A stretch of 64,000 nucleotides of DNA from contig CANMWT010000008.1 in NCBI GenBank assembly GCA_947501635.1, positions 163,349 through 227,348 of the forward strand, in the 5' to 3' direction. This document shows, piece after piece, positions 28,015-38,211 of this stretch. The notes under the pieces are model-generated. The model did not search any database. It worked only from the letters and a program-made list of their open reading frames with translations, and was not told where the DNA came from. The position numbers and the translations under genes are program-made. This DNA is from an uncultured Roseobacter sp. (GTDB lineage: Bacteria; Pseudomonadota; Alphaproteobacteria; Rhodobacterales; Rhodobacteraceae). Position 1 is the stretch's first letter; each line of letters opens with the position of its first letter.

Positions 28015-30009
28015 ATGAGCACTCAGAACGCACTGCACACCATCGATGAAGACCCCGACTTCGGCATCACTCTCAGCGATGGATGCCGCTTGTCCGCCCG
28101 GCTGTGGCGCCCGCAGGATGCAGCGGAAAATCCAGTGCCGGTGATACTTGAATACCTGCCCTACCGCAAGCGTGACGGAACCTGCGCACGCGATGCACTG
28201 ACACATCCGTGGTTTGCGCAAAGAGGGTATGCCTGCCTGCGGGTCGACATCCGCGGCAACGGCGACAGTGAAGGTACGATGACCGACGAATACACCCCGC
28301 AGGAACTGGCGGATGCCGTTGAAGTCATCGATCAGATCGCAGCCGCGCCCTGGTGTAACGGTCGCGTTGGCATGATGGGGATCAGTTGGGGCGGATTCAA
28401 TGCCCTGCAGGTCGCAGCCCTTGCGCCTGACCCGCTGAAAGCCATTATCACTCTGTGCTCAACGGTCGACCGTTTTGCAGACGACATACACTACAAAGGC
28501 GGTTGCCTGTTGAACGAAAATCTGGGCTGGGGGGCAACGATGTGGTCCTATTCCAGCCGCGCACCGGATCCGGCGTTGCGCCCCGACGACTGGCGGGCGC
28601 TGTGGTTGGAGCGGCTGGAAAACGAACCCTTTTTGCCGTCTGTCTGGTTGCGTCATCAGCGTCGGGACGCCTATTGGCGCCACGGCTCCGTGAGCGAGGA
28701 CTATAGCGCAATCAAAGCGAAGGTGCTGGCCGTCGGCGGCTGGGGTGATGCCTATAAAAACGCGGTCCCTCAACTGGTCGAAGCCCTGCCGGGCGCAAAA
28801 GGCATCGTGGGCCCTTGGGTGCATAAATATCCCCATTTCGCGGTGCCCGAGCCCCGCATCGGATTTCTGCAGGAAGCCCTCAGATGGTGGGACAGATGGT
28901 TGAAAGACATTCCTACTGGCGTCGAAGATGATCCCGACTACCGCGCTTATCTGATGGATGGCGTGCGCCCTGCGCGCTGGTACACCGAAAGACCCGGCCG
29001 CTGGGTTGCAGAGGAGTACGGTGCCACATCGCATATTCCGTACCGGACGCTGCATCTTACCAATGTGGGGCTGTCAGATGGACCGGGCCCGCTTAAAGCA
29101 ACAGTCAACTCCACACAGGATTGCGGCGCAGAAGCGGGTGAGTACTGCGCCATCTGGCTGGGACCGGAAATGCCCGGCGATCAGCGCATAGATGATATGC
29201 ACAGCGCCACCTTCGACAGCGCCCCGGCAGAAGAGGACGTGGACATATTCGGCGCGCCACGCCTTACCTTGCGCGTGGCAAGTGACAAGCCACAGGCGCA
29301 GATCGCAGTAAGGCTCAACCATATCCACCCTGATGGCGCCGCCACGCGCATCACCTATGGCGTGCTCAACCTGTCTCATCGCGACAGTCCCGAAAGCCCC
29401 ACCCCGCTGACGCCGCACGAAACCGTACGCGTGGTCCTGTCGATGGACCACATTGCCTACCGGCTGCCCAGGGGGCACAAGCTGCGTGTTTCGGTGTCCA
29501 GTGCATACTGGCCATTGATCTGGCCGGCACCCGAAGCCGCAACACTCAGTCTGTCTGGCGGGACGATGAACCTGCCTGTCAGGCGCACGGCGCGCCGCGC
29601 AGAACATGTCTTTGAGCCCCCCGCCGCGGCAGAGCCCTGGCAAACCGAAACGCTGCGCGACGCCACCAGCACACGCCGCCGCGAAGTCGATATGGCAACA
29701 GGCGTGGTGTCGCTGGTGATTGAGGATGATTTCGGCAAGAAGCGCGACTTGGACCACGGGCTGGCAGGTGGCGCTGTTGCGCGCGAGCGCTGGGACATCC
29801 ATCCCGACGACCCGCTATCAGCGCGGGGCCGCTGCCACTGGACCGATGAGATCGAGCGCGGAGATACGCGCCTGCGTACAGAAACACACAGTGAAATGTG
29901 GTCGGACGCTACACATTTTTACCTGATCGCGCGACTGGAGGCATATGAAAATGATGTTTTGATTTATGCGCGCGATGTCGAAGACAAAGTAGCGCGCGAT
30001 CATATCTAA
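28015..30009 (+). CDS. CocE/NonD-family hydrolase (peptidase S15, X-Pro dipeptidyl-peptidase-like)
   Basis: PVILEYLPYRKRD...GDSEG...GISWGG nucleophile motif. Start set at ATG 28015. Confidence 0.8.
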   Translation: MSTQNALHTIDEDPDFGITLSDGCRLSARLWRPQDAAENPVPVILEYLPYRKRDGTCARDALTHPWFAQRGYACLRVDIRGNGDSEGTMTDEYTPQELADAVEVIDQIAAAPWCNGRVGMMGISWGGFNALQVAALAPDPLKAIITLCSTVDRFADDIHYKGGCLLNENLGWGATMWSYSSRAPDPALRPDDWRALWLERLENEPFLPSVWLRHQRRDAYWRHGSVSEDYSAIKAKVLAVGGWGDAYKNAVPQLVEALPGAKGIVGPWVHKYPHFAVPEPRIGFLQEALRWWDRWLKDIPTGVEDDPDYRAYLMDGVRPARWYTERPGRWVAEEYGATSHIPYRTLHLTNVGLSDGPGPLKATVNSTQDCGAEAGEYCAIWLGPEMPGDQRIDDMHSATFDSAPAEEDVDIFGAPRLTLRVASDKPQAQIAVRLNHIHPDGAATRITYGVLNLSHRDSPESPTPLTPHETVRVVLSMDHIAYRLPRGHKLRVSVSSAYWPLIWPAPEAATLSLSGGTMNLPVRRTARRAEHVFEPPAAAEPWQTETLRDATSTRRREVDMATGVVSLVIEDDFGKKRDLDHGLAGGAVARERWDIHPDDPLSARGRCHWTDEIERGDTRLRTETHSEMWSDATHFYLIARLEAYENDVLIYARDVEDKVARDHI

Positions 30010-30127
30010 GGGCCAGACCGGGCAAATATCCGCAATAGGCCTTGCGACATCGCAGGAAATGCGCAAGCCTGTGACCATCAACAAAGCGAATAAGCGCTTA
30101 AAGCGCAGTAGCCACTGGGAGAAATCA

Positions 30128-31711
30128 ATGAACGACCAACTGAAATACTATAGCAGCCGTGTGACCAAAGGTTTGATAACGCGCCGCGAATTCGTCGGCC
30201 GCGCAGCAGCCTTGGGCCTGACGGCAGCCGCCGCAAACACCATGCTGGCCAACGCAGTACGCGCGGCGGGGCCTCAAACGGGCGGCACAATGCGCCTTGG
30301 TGTGCAGGGCGGATCAACCACCGACAGCCTTGACCCCGCACCCGCGGCAAACTTCACGGCAACGCAGGTCAACCTGCTTTGGGGCGAGCCACTCGTGTCC
30401 CTTACTGACGACGGCGGCTTGGAAGGCCGCGTCGCAGAAAGCTTTGAAGGGTCCGCGGATGCGAAAACATGGCGCTTCAAACTGCGTTCCGGTATCACCT
30501 TCTCAAACGGTCAGTCAGTGACTGCCGAAGACGTTGTTGAAACAATTGACCGCCACGCGGGCGAAGAGTCCAAATCAGGCGCGCTTGGCCTGCTGCGCGA
30601 CATCGATACAGTCACTGCGGATGGTGACACAGTGGTCATCGGCCTCAAGACCCCGAATGCTGACCTGCCTTACTACATGCAGGACTACCACCTTGTGATC
30701 CAGCCCGGTGGTGGCAAGCAGGATCCGACTGCAGCTATCGGCACCGGCCCCTATATTCTCAAAGATCATGAGATGGGCGTGCGGTTCGTATTCGAGAAAA
30801 ACCCGAACTACTGGGGCGATTATGGCTATGCCGATACCATCGAGCTGATCGTCATCAACGACAACACAGCGCGCGTTGCTGCCCTGCAGTCCGGTCAGGT
30901 TGATATGATTGACCGCGTCCCGCCACGCACTGCAGGCCTCGTGGGCCGGGCACCAAACATCACCGTGCACTCTGAGCCATCGGCAGGGCACTACGTGTTC
31001 ATCATGCATTGCAACACGGCACCGTTCGATAACAACGACCTGCGCCTCGCACTGAAATACGCGATGAACCGTCAGGAAATGGTGGACAAAGTGCTGTTTG
31101 GGTATGGGTCTGTCGGCAACGACACCCCGATCAACAGCAGCTATCCGCTATTCACAGAAATGCCACAGCGCGAGTATGATCCAGACAAGGCGAAGTTCCA
31201 CTTTGACAAGTCCGGCCATGATGGTTCGGTGCTGCTGCGCACATCCGACAACTCCTTCCCAGGCGCGCCGGACGCAGCAGCCCTGTTTCAGCAAAGTGCT
31301 GCAGCCGCAGGCATCACGCTTGAAATCAAGCGCGAGCCCAACGACGGCTACTGGTCGGAAGTCTGGAACGCCCAGCCCTTCTGCACCAGCTATTGGGGTG
31401 GACGTCCGGTGCAGGATCAGATGTTCTCGACAGCCTATCTGTCGTCAGCAGACTGGAACGACACGCGGTTCTTCAATGAGCAGTTCGACCAGATGCTGCT
31501 GGCCGCACGCGCAGAGCTGGATGACGCCAAGCGCACGCAGATTTATGCCGACATGGGCAGCATCCTGCACAACGAAGGCGGCCTTATCTGCCCGATGTTC
31601 AACGACTTTGTCGACGCGCAATCCGACCGGATTGAGGGCTGGGTATCTGGCGTGCCAGGCTTTGCGTTCATGAACAACCACGCGCCTATGCGGATGTGGG
31701 TCACCGCCTGA
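30128..31711 (+). CDS. ABC transporter substrate-binding protein, family 5 (peptide/nickel type), Tat signal
   Basis: The twin-arginine leader TRREFVGRAAALGLTAAAA is present. SBP_bac_5-like body. GGGAGA lies upstream of the ATG at 30128. Confidence 0.85.
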   Translation: MNDQLKYYSSRVTKGLITRREFVGRAAALGLTAAAANTMLANAVRAAGPQTGGTMRLGVQGGSTTDSLDPAPAANFTATQVNLLWGEPLVSLTDDGGLEGRVAESFEGSADAKTWRFKLRSGITFSNGQSVTAEDVVETIDRHAGEESKSGALGLLRDIDTVTADGDTVVIGLKTPNADLPYYMQDYHLVIQPGGGKQDPTAAIGTGPYILKDHEMGVRFVFEKNPNYWGDYGYADTIELIVINDNTARVAALQSGQVDMIDRVPPRTAGLVGRAPNITVHSEPSAGHYVFIMHCNTAPFDNNDLRLALKYAMNRQEMVDKVLFGYGSVGNDTPINSSYPLFTEMPQREYDPDKAKFHFDKSGHDGSVLLRTSDNSFPGAPDAAALFQQSAAAAGITLEIKREPNDGYWSEVWNAQPFCTSYWGGRPVQDQMFSTAYLSSADWNDTRFFNEQFDQMLLAARAELDDAKRTQIYADMGSILHNEGGLICPMFNDFVDAQSDRIEGWVSGVPGFAFMNNHAPMRMWVTA

Positions 31712-31712
31712 T

Positions 31713-32672
31713 ATGGGACCCATGACAAGACTACTGGTCCAGCGAATTTCGCTGGGCCTGCTCCTACTCTTTCTCGTGTCCATCGTCATTTTTGCAGGGA
31801 CGATGATCCTGCCTGGCGATGTGGCGCAACAAATTCTCGGTCAATCTGCCACTCCCGAAGCTCTGGCAAACCTGCGCGCCGAGCTCGGCGTCGATCAGCC
31901 GCCCGTGACGCGCTATTTCGACTGGTTGGGCGGCCTTTTGTCCGGCGACTTCGGCACTGCGCTGACATCCGGCCAGTCCATCAACGAAGCGATCGGACGA
32001 CGGTTCTCAAACACGCTCTTTCTGGCTGTCAGCGCCGCTGTGATCGCGGTCCCGCTGGCGATTTTTCTGGGCCTGCTTGCGGTGCGCTACCAAGATCGCT
32101 GGCCAGACAAACTGATCTCAGCCAGCACGCTGACAACAATTTCCATGCCCGAGTTCGTGATCGGGTACATCCTGATGTTCGTCCTCGGCGTTCAGTTGCG
32201 GTGGTTCTCGCCGACGGCGGTGGGCTACAGGCCCGATGCCGACTTTTTCACACGGCTGGAATCCATTGCCATCCCTATCATCGTTCTCACCCTTGTCGTC
32301 TTGGCACATATGATGCGCATGACCCGTGCGGCGATCCTGAACGTGATGCAGTCTGCCTATATCGAAACCGCGGAACTGAAAGGCATGCCGATGCTCAAGA
32401 TCATCGCCAAACATGCCTTCCCCAACGCGATCGCGCCAGTTGTGAATGTGGTGATGTTGAACCTTGCCTATCTTGTCGTCGGCGTGGTCGTCGTCGAGGT
32501 GGTGTTTGTCTATCCCGGGATGGGCCAGTATCTGGTCGATCACGTGACCAAGCGCGACATCCCGGTCGTGCAAGCCTGCGGTATGATCTTTGCTGCCATC
32601 TACATCGGCCTGAACCTTGTGGCCGATGTTGTGTCGATCCTGACAAATCCGCGTTTGAGGCATCCGAAATGA
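31713..32672 (+). CDS. ABC transporter permease (DppB/OppB-like)
   Basis: 319 aa, six TM helices, with an EAA-loop region. Alternative start at 31722. Confidence 0.85.
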   Translation: MGPMTRLLVQRISLGLLLLFLVSIVIFAGTMILPGDVAQQILGQSATPEALANLRAELGVDQPPVTRYFDWLGGLLSGDFGTALTSGQSINEAIGRRFSNTLFLAVSAAVIAVPLAIFLGLLAVRYQDRWPDKLISASTLTTISMPEFVIGYILMFVLGVQLRWFSPTAVGYRPDADFFTRLESIAIPIIVLTLVVLAHMMRMTRAAILNVMQSAYIETAELKGMPMLKIIAKHAFPNAIAPVVNVVMLNLAYLVVGVVVVEVVFVYPGMGQYLVDHVTKRDIPVVQACGMIFAAIYIGLNLVADVVSILTNPRLRHPK

Positions 32673-32745
32673 TTAGTGTTAACCGCCGCATCCCGCTCGG
32701 TCAGGGCCTGTCGCTAACACCCGGCAAACAGGAGGCGCGCCGCTG

Positions 32746-33567
32746 ATGTTTGTACGTATCCCCTTTGCCGCGATGCTGGGCCTTTTCTTCACATCACTGT
32801 TCTTTCTCATCGCCGTCTTCGCCCCTCTGGTTGCACCGTACGGATACGACGAAGTGGTGTCCCAAGGGTTTTGGGACCCGCCAAGTTCTGACTTCTTGCT
32901 GGGTACTGACGGGATTGGTCGCGATCTGCTCAGCCGCATGATTTACGGTTTGCGCACGACTATCTGGATCGCCACACTGGCCACGATCCTGAGCTTTACC
33001 ACAGGGTCGGTACTGGGCTTTCTGGCCGCCGTTGCTGGCGGCTGGGTCGATCAGGCCCTATCGCGGTTCGTCGACCTGTTGATGTCGATTCCGTCGCTTA
33101 TCTTTGCTCTTGTCATCCTCTCCATCACACCGATCACCATAGGTATTCTGATCCTCGTCATGGGGTTTCTGGACAGCACACGCGTCTACCGGCTCGCGCG
33201 TGCTGTGGCAGTGGATATCAATGTGATGGACTATGTTGAGGCTGCGAAACTACGGGGTGAAGGCCGCGGGTGGATCATTTTCCGCGAAATCCTGCCCAAC
33301 GCGCTGTCGCCGCTGATCGCTGAAATGGGGCTGCGCTTTATCTTTATGGTTCTGTTTATCTCCACATTGTCATTCCTCGGTCTCGGCATTCAGCCACCTC
33401 AGGCTGATCTGGGTGGCATCGTGAAAGAGAATACCGAAGGCCTGACATATGGCATCGGCGCCGCCCTTTGGCCCGCATTGACCATTGCCGTGCTGGCCAT
33501 CTCGGTGAACCTTGTCGCCGACTGGGTTCTGAACCGCACGACCTCACTGAAAGGAGGACGCGGATGA
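32746..33567 (+). CDS. ABC transporter permease (DppC/OppC-like)
   Basis: 273 aa. The LGTDGIGRDLLSR motif is typical of DppC-like permeases. CAGGAGG lies upstream. Confidence 0.85.
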   Translation: MFVRIPFAAMLGLFFTSLFFLIAVFAPLVAPYGYDEVVSQGFWDPPSSDFLLGTDGIGRDLLSRMIYGLRTTIWIATLATILSFTTGSVLGFLAAVAGGWVDQALSRFVDLLMSIPSLIFALVILSITPITIGILILVMGFLDSTRVYRLARAVAVDINVMDYVEAAKLRGEGRGWIIFREILPNALSPLIAEMGLRFIFMVLFISTLSFLGLGIQPPQADLGGIVKENTEGLTYGIGAALWPALTIAVLAISVNLVADWVLNRTTSLKGGRG

Positions 33568-35201
33568 GTGATCCACTTCTCAAGGTCCGCGGCCTCAAGA
33601 TCGGAGCGACCATTTATCCACCCGGCGAAAAAGCGCGCGATATCGAGATTGTCCATGGTGTCGATTTTGATCTGGCCCCCGGCAAGGTACTTGGCCTGAT
33701 CGGCGAATCCGGTGCGGGCAAATCCACGATAGGGCTGGCATCCATGGCCTATGGTCGCGGCGGCGTCGAAATCACTGGCGGCAGCGTCGAAGTCAACGGG
33801 CGCGATATTCTGCAGTCGGGTATTCGCGACGTCCGTAGTTTGCGCGGTTGCGAAGTGACATACGTAAGCCAGTCGGCAGCGGCATCCTTCAACCCCGCCA
33901 AGCAGATCATGGAGCAGGTGACCGAAGCGGCGATCCTGCACAACAAGTTCAGCCGCAAAGACGCAGAGGAACGCGCCGTCACGCTCTTTCGCAAACTCGG
34001 CCTGCCCGACCCCGAGAATATCGGCAAACGGTACCCGCATCAGGTCTCAGGAGGTCAGTTACAGCGCTGTATGACGGCGCTGGCACTCTGTCCCGAGCCA
34101 GACCTTGTCGTCTTCGACGAGCCAACAACAGCTTTGGATGTGACCACACAAATCGACGTGCTGGCCGCGATCAAGGAAGCCATCCGAGATACTGGCGTTG
34201 CAGCGCTTTACATCACACATGATCTGGCCGTCGTCGCACAGGTTTCCGACCACATCATGGTGCTGCGCATGGGCGATATGGTCGAATACGGGACGGTCGA
34301 TCAGATCATCAACAACCCCAAGGAAGAGTATACGCAGGCCTTGGTTTCGGTCCGCTTGATCGAGCATGAGGAAAAGCAGCCAACTCCGGATCCTGTGCTG
34401 CGGGTCGAAGGGATAACAGCCCGGTACAAGGGCACCAGTTTTGACGTGCTCAAAAACATCAATGTCGAGCTTCACCCGGGCCAGACGCTGGCCGTCGTTG
34501 GCGAATCGGGATCGGGTAAATCGACGCTGGCACGTGTCATTACCGGCCTGTTACCTCCAACTGCGGGCAATATCGTTTTTGACGGACGCGACCTGACCCC
34601 CGATCAGCCAAGCCGTCCGATCGAAGACCTGCGCGAATTGCAGATGATCTACCAGATGGCTGATACCGCGATGAACCCGCGGCAGACCGTGGGGACGATC
34701 ATAGGCCGACCGCTGGAGTTCTATTTCGGTCTGCGAGGCGCGGAAAAACAAAAACGCATTCAGGAACTTCTAGACGAGATCGAACTTGGCTCCGGCTTTC
34801 AGGACCGTTACCCGGCCGAACTTTCCGGTGGTCAGAAACAACGCGTTTGCATAGCGCGTGCGCTCGCGGCCAAGCCCAAGCTCATCATTTGCGACGAAGT
34901 GACCTCGGCGCTCGATCCACTTGTGGCGGACGGCATCCTTAAACTGCTGCTGAACCTGCAAAAGGTCGAGGATGTCGCCTATCTGTTCATCACCCATGAC
35001 CTGGCCACAGTGCGTGCAATCGCCGACAGCATTGCCGTGATGTATCAGGGCGAGGTGGTGCGCTATGGCTCAAAATCCGAAGTGCTTAGCCCGCCGTTTG
35101 ATGACTACACGGACCTCTTGCTGAGCTCAGTGCCGGAAATGCGCTTAGGCTGGCTGGAAGAGGTTATTGCGAACCGCAAAATGGAAAGTGCCGGCAACTA
35201 G
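33564..35201 (+). CDS. ABC transporter ATP-binding protein, fused double ATPase (DppD/DppF-like)
   Basis: Two Walker A sites (GESGAGKST, GESGSGKST) and two LSGGQ signatures. ATGA overlap with the permease stop. Confidence 0.9.
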   Translation: MSDPLLKVRGLKIGATIYPPGEKARDIEIVHGVDFDLAPGKVLGLIGESGAGKSTIGLASMAYGRGGVEITGGSVEVNGRDILQSGIRDVRSLRGCEVTYVSQSAAASFNPAKQIMEQVTEAAILHNKFSRKDAEERAVTLFRKLGLPDPENIGKRYPHQVSGGQLQRCMTALALCPEPDLVVFDEPTTALDVTTQIDVLAAIKEAIRDTGVAALYITHDLAVVAQVSDHIMVLRMGDMVEYGTVDQIINNPKEEYTQALVSVRLIEHEEKQPTPDPVLRVEGITARYKGTSFDVLKNINVELHPGQTLAVVGESGSGKSTLARVITGLLPPTAGNIVFDGRDLTPDQPSRPIEDLRELQMIYQMADTAMNPRQTVGTIIGRPLEFYFGLRGAEKQKRIQELLDEIELGSGFQDRYPAELSGGQKQRVCIARALAAKPKLIICDEVTSALDPLVADGILKLLLNLQKVEDVAYLFITHDLATVRAIADSIAVMYQGEVVRYGSKSEVLSPPFDDYTDLLLSSVPEMRLGWLEEVIANRKMESAGN

Positions 35202-35340
35202 GGCGCCGGTCGCGGGCCTGTTGCCTAGACATGATCGTTGGGGCTGCCACGGGCAAAACGGCAGTATCCCCGGTGGTTTTTGCGATTGAAAACGCACATC
35301 GAAAAGCGTCTTATCCTGCGCAAACGGGAGAGCTGCGGCA

Positions 35341-36177
35341 ATGGCGCGAAAACTGCTTCTGATTATACTCGACGGGGTGCCCTACGGTAATTTTCGCCGC
35401 CTGTTCGGCAATCTTGAGGCATGGGTAGCAAGCGCCGACGCACAGGTCTGGCGGCACCGCTCTGTATTGCCGTCGATTTCCGCATCCTGCTATGCATCTA
35501 TTCACACAGGCGTACCGCCGGTCGAGCATGGCTGCACCGGGAACGCCAATGTCTTCCGACTGTCACCAGAGGACGTGTTCTCGCAGGTCCGCAAGGCGGG
35601 CGGCATCACAGGTGCCGTCGCACATTCCTTCTGGTCTGAGCTTTTTAACCGATCCCCCTTTGATCTGGTGCGTGACATCGAATACGACGAACCCGACAGC
35701 CGCACGATCAATCATGGACGCTTTCATACGATGAGCGGCTACGGAAAGGTCAACCAAATGACGCCATCAGACGTGGACCTATTTGCCACGCTGACGCGAC
35801 TATGCGAACGGTTCGGGCTGACCTATGGTATGCTGCACACCTGCACGCTCGATAGTATGGGCCACCGCTTTTTTCATGACTGCCCCGAAATGGATCACGC
35901 CTGTTTTGCCATGGACGAGATGCTGGCACCTTTTGTGACGCGCTGGCGCGACATGGGATACGAAATCATCGTTACAGCCGATCACGGGCAGGATGCTCGC
36001 GGCCACCACGGCGGCCGTGACCCGCTGCAACAAGAGACAGCTCTGTACTACTTCGGCCCAGCAAAAGGGCCAGAGCCAGATGCGGTGATCGACCAGTTGC
36101 AACTGGCTCCGACAATCCTGTCGCGGCTTGATGCGCCCGTCGCGCCCACAATGAAAGCCGCGTCTTTCCTGAGTTGA
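35341..36177 (+). CDS. alkaline-phosphatase-superfamily protein (nucleotide pyrophosphatase/phosphodiesterase-like)
   Basis: N-terminal LIILDGVPYG plus SISASCYASIHTG and C-terminal TADHGQD motifs. Confidence 0.6.
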   Translation: MARKLLLIILDGVPYGNFRRLFGNLEAWVASADAQVWRHRSVLPSISASCYASIHTGVPPVEHGCTGNANVFRLSPEDVFSQVRKAGGITGAVAHSFWSELFNRSPFDLVRDIEYDEPDSRTINHGRFHTMSGYGKVNQMTPSDVDLFATLTRLCERFGLTYGMLHTCTLDSMGHRFFHDCPEMDHACFAMDEMLAPFVTRWRDMGYEIIVTADHGQDARGHHGGRDPLQQETALYYFGPAKGPEPDAVIDQLQLAPTILSRLDAPVAPTMKAASFLS

Positions 36178-36183
36178 GCCGCG

Positions 36184-38079
36184 TCAGGCCACCTCTTTGG
36201 CCTCTGTCGCAAGCTCCCAGGGATTCACAAAACCGCCAAGCGTTTTGGCGATGTCGCTTGCGTCGCTGCCCTGCGCGTCGACACGGGCCACCAAGCCGCG
36301 TTTCTTGTCATCAAAGACCTCGACAACACGCGCGGCCAGACCGGCGCTCTCCAAGGCTTCATTGTAAATCCGAGTGATCGCATTTTTGCGCAGATCGGGT
36401 TTGAAAATCTTGCCAACAGCCGTTTTGGGCAGTTCCGGCAGGATTGTCATATGTTTGGGCAAAGCTGCACGCTCGTGCACATGCTCTTTGCAGAACTCAA
36501 GCAATTCTGCCTCGGTTACATGTTTTCCCTCGACCAGTTCGACAAACGCACAGGGTACCTCGCCCGAATGCGCGTCGGGCTGGCCGATGGCACCGGCAAA
36601 GGCCACGGCCTCGTGATGCAAAAGCGCCTCTTCGATCTCCGCAGGATCAATGTTGTGTCCTCCGCGAATAATGAGGTCTTTGGCACGCCCCGTGATCCAC
36701 AGGTATCCATCCGCATCCACACGGCCCAAGTCACCAGTCCGCAAATGTTCGCCATAGTAAAGATCGATGTTCTTGTCGGTCTCGGTATAAGTATTGCCCA
36801 CATATACACCGGGATTGGACACGCAGATTTCGCCCACTTCGTCCACATCCGCTTCGACAGGACCATCCGGTGTAACCTTGAAAATCTTTACATCGCAGTA
36901 AGGAAATGGAATGCCAATGCTTCCTACCTTTTTCTCTCCGTCTGTCGGGTTGCAGGACACAAGGCAGGTGGCTTCTGTCAGGCCGTAGCCCTCCACCAGC
37001 GTAACACCTGTGGCCTTCTCAAACCGGCGGAAGAGTTCCAGCGGTAAAGGTGCCGAACCCGAGAACGCCATCTGAACCGAGCTGACATCCGCGTCGATGG
37101 GACGTTGCATTTTTGCGGAGATAGCGGTTGGTACAGTGATGATGAAACTGATTTTCCACCGCTCCACAAGTTTCCAGAAATTGTCCATAACGCCCTCGCC
37201 ACGGTACCCTTGCGGCGTGGGAAACACGACATGGGCCCCGGAAACCACGGCCGCCATCAAGATCACGTGGCAGGCGAAAACATGGAACAGTGGCAGCGGG
37301 CAGATGATGTTGTCTTTTTCGGTAAAGAGCAACTCCGTCCCGATCCAGCCATTATAGATCAGCCCCGAGTAGCGATGCTGTGCCACTTTCGGCATACCGG
37401 TCGTGCCGCCCGTGTGAAAATAGCACGCGACGCGGTCATCCTTGCTGTCCTCAAAGCTCAGTGTTTTGGGTTGTTTCGCAATTTCGCTATGGAAGCTGAG
37501 ATATTTTGCGTGGTTTTGAACTTTGCGTTTGGGTCGGATCAGCGGCACAATCCATGACTTGGGCGGTGTGAGATAGCGCAGCAGATCAACCTCGAGCACG
37601 GTTTCCACATTCGGTGCAAGTGCAACGGCTTCGGCGGTTTTATCAGCTACATCTGTTTTGGGGAAAGGCCGCAACGTGACAACTACTTTTGCATTTGTTT
37701 CTCGCAAGATCGAGCCGATCTGCTCTGCGTCCAGAAGCGGATTTATCGGGTTCGCGATACCCGCAATCGCTCCGCCAAGAAGCGTGTAAACGGTTTCGTT
37801 GGCGTTGGGCAGCACATAGGCAACGACGTCTTTCTCTCCTACGCCGAGGCTGCGAAACAAGTTTGCGGCCTGCGTGACCTTGTCTTTCAACGCGCTCCAG
37901 TTCAGCGTTTCGGCCTTGTCCGTCGCTCCAGAAAACAGCTGGTAGCTGATTGCATTGCTTTCAGGGTATTTCTGCGCGGCTGCAGTCATCGCCTGATAGA
38001 GGGTCATGGGAAGATCGCGGTCCTCCCACGCCAGTTGCGCCTCAATGGCGTTGCGGTCATCCAGCCCGGCAAAGGTCAT
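36184..38079 (-). CDS. acyl-CoA synthetase (AMP-forming)
   Basis: AMP-binding motifs YFHTGGTTGMPK and GYGLTEA are present. ATG 38079 is preceded by GGGAGGAA. Confidence 0.8.
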   Translation of the reverse strand: MTFAGLDDRNAIEAQLAWEDRDLPMTLYQAMTAAAQKYPESNAISYQLFSGATDKAETLNWSALKDKVTQAANLFRSLGVGEKDVVAYVLPNANETVYTLLGGAIAGIANPINPLLDAEQIGSILRETNAKVVVTLRPFPKTDVADKTAEAVALAPNVETVLEVDLLRYLTPPKSWIVPLIRPKRKVQNHAKYLSFHSEIAKQPKTLSFEDSKDDRVACYFHTGGTTGMPKVAQHRYSGLIYNGWIGTELLFTEKDNIICPLPLFHVFACHVILMAAVVSGAHVVFPTPQGYRGEGVMDNFWKLVERWKISFIITVPTAISAKMQRPIDADVSSVQMAFSGSAPLPLELFRRFEKATGVTLVEGYGLTEATCLVSCNPTDGEKKVGSIGIPFPYCDVKIFKVTPDGPVEADVDEVGEICVSNPGVYVGNTYTETDKNIDLYYGEHLRTGDLGRVDADGYLWITGRAKDLIIRGGHNIDPAEIEEALLHHEAVAFAGAIGQPDAHSGEVPCAFVELVEGKHVTEAELLEFCKEHVHERAALPKHMTILPELPKTAVGKIFKPDLRKNAITRIYNEALESAGLAARVVEVFDDKKRGLVARVDAQGSDASDIAKTLGGFVNPWELATEAKEVA

Positions 38080-38211
38080 CTGTGTTCCTCCCAAAACAGT
38101 CGTGCAGCAGTATGCTGTTGTGTGCGGACGACAGGATGGGGGTTTATCACAGTCAGTACAAGCCGTGTGACGCGGCGTGACCGTTCGGGACGCTACGTCA
38201 GACGCAGAAGA

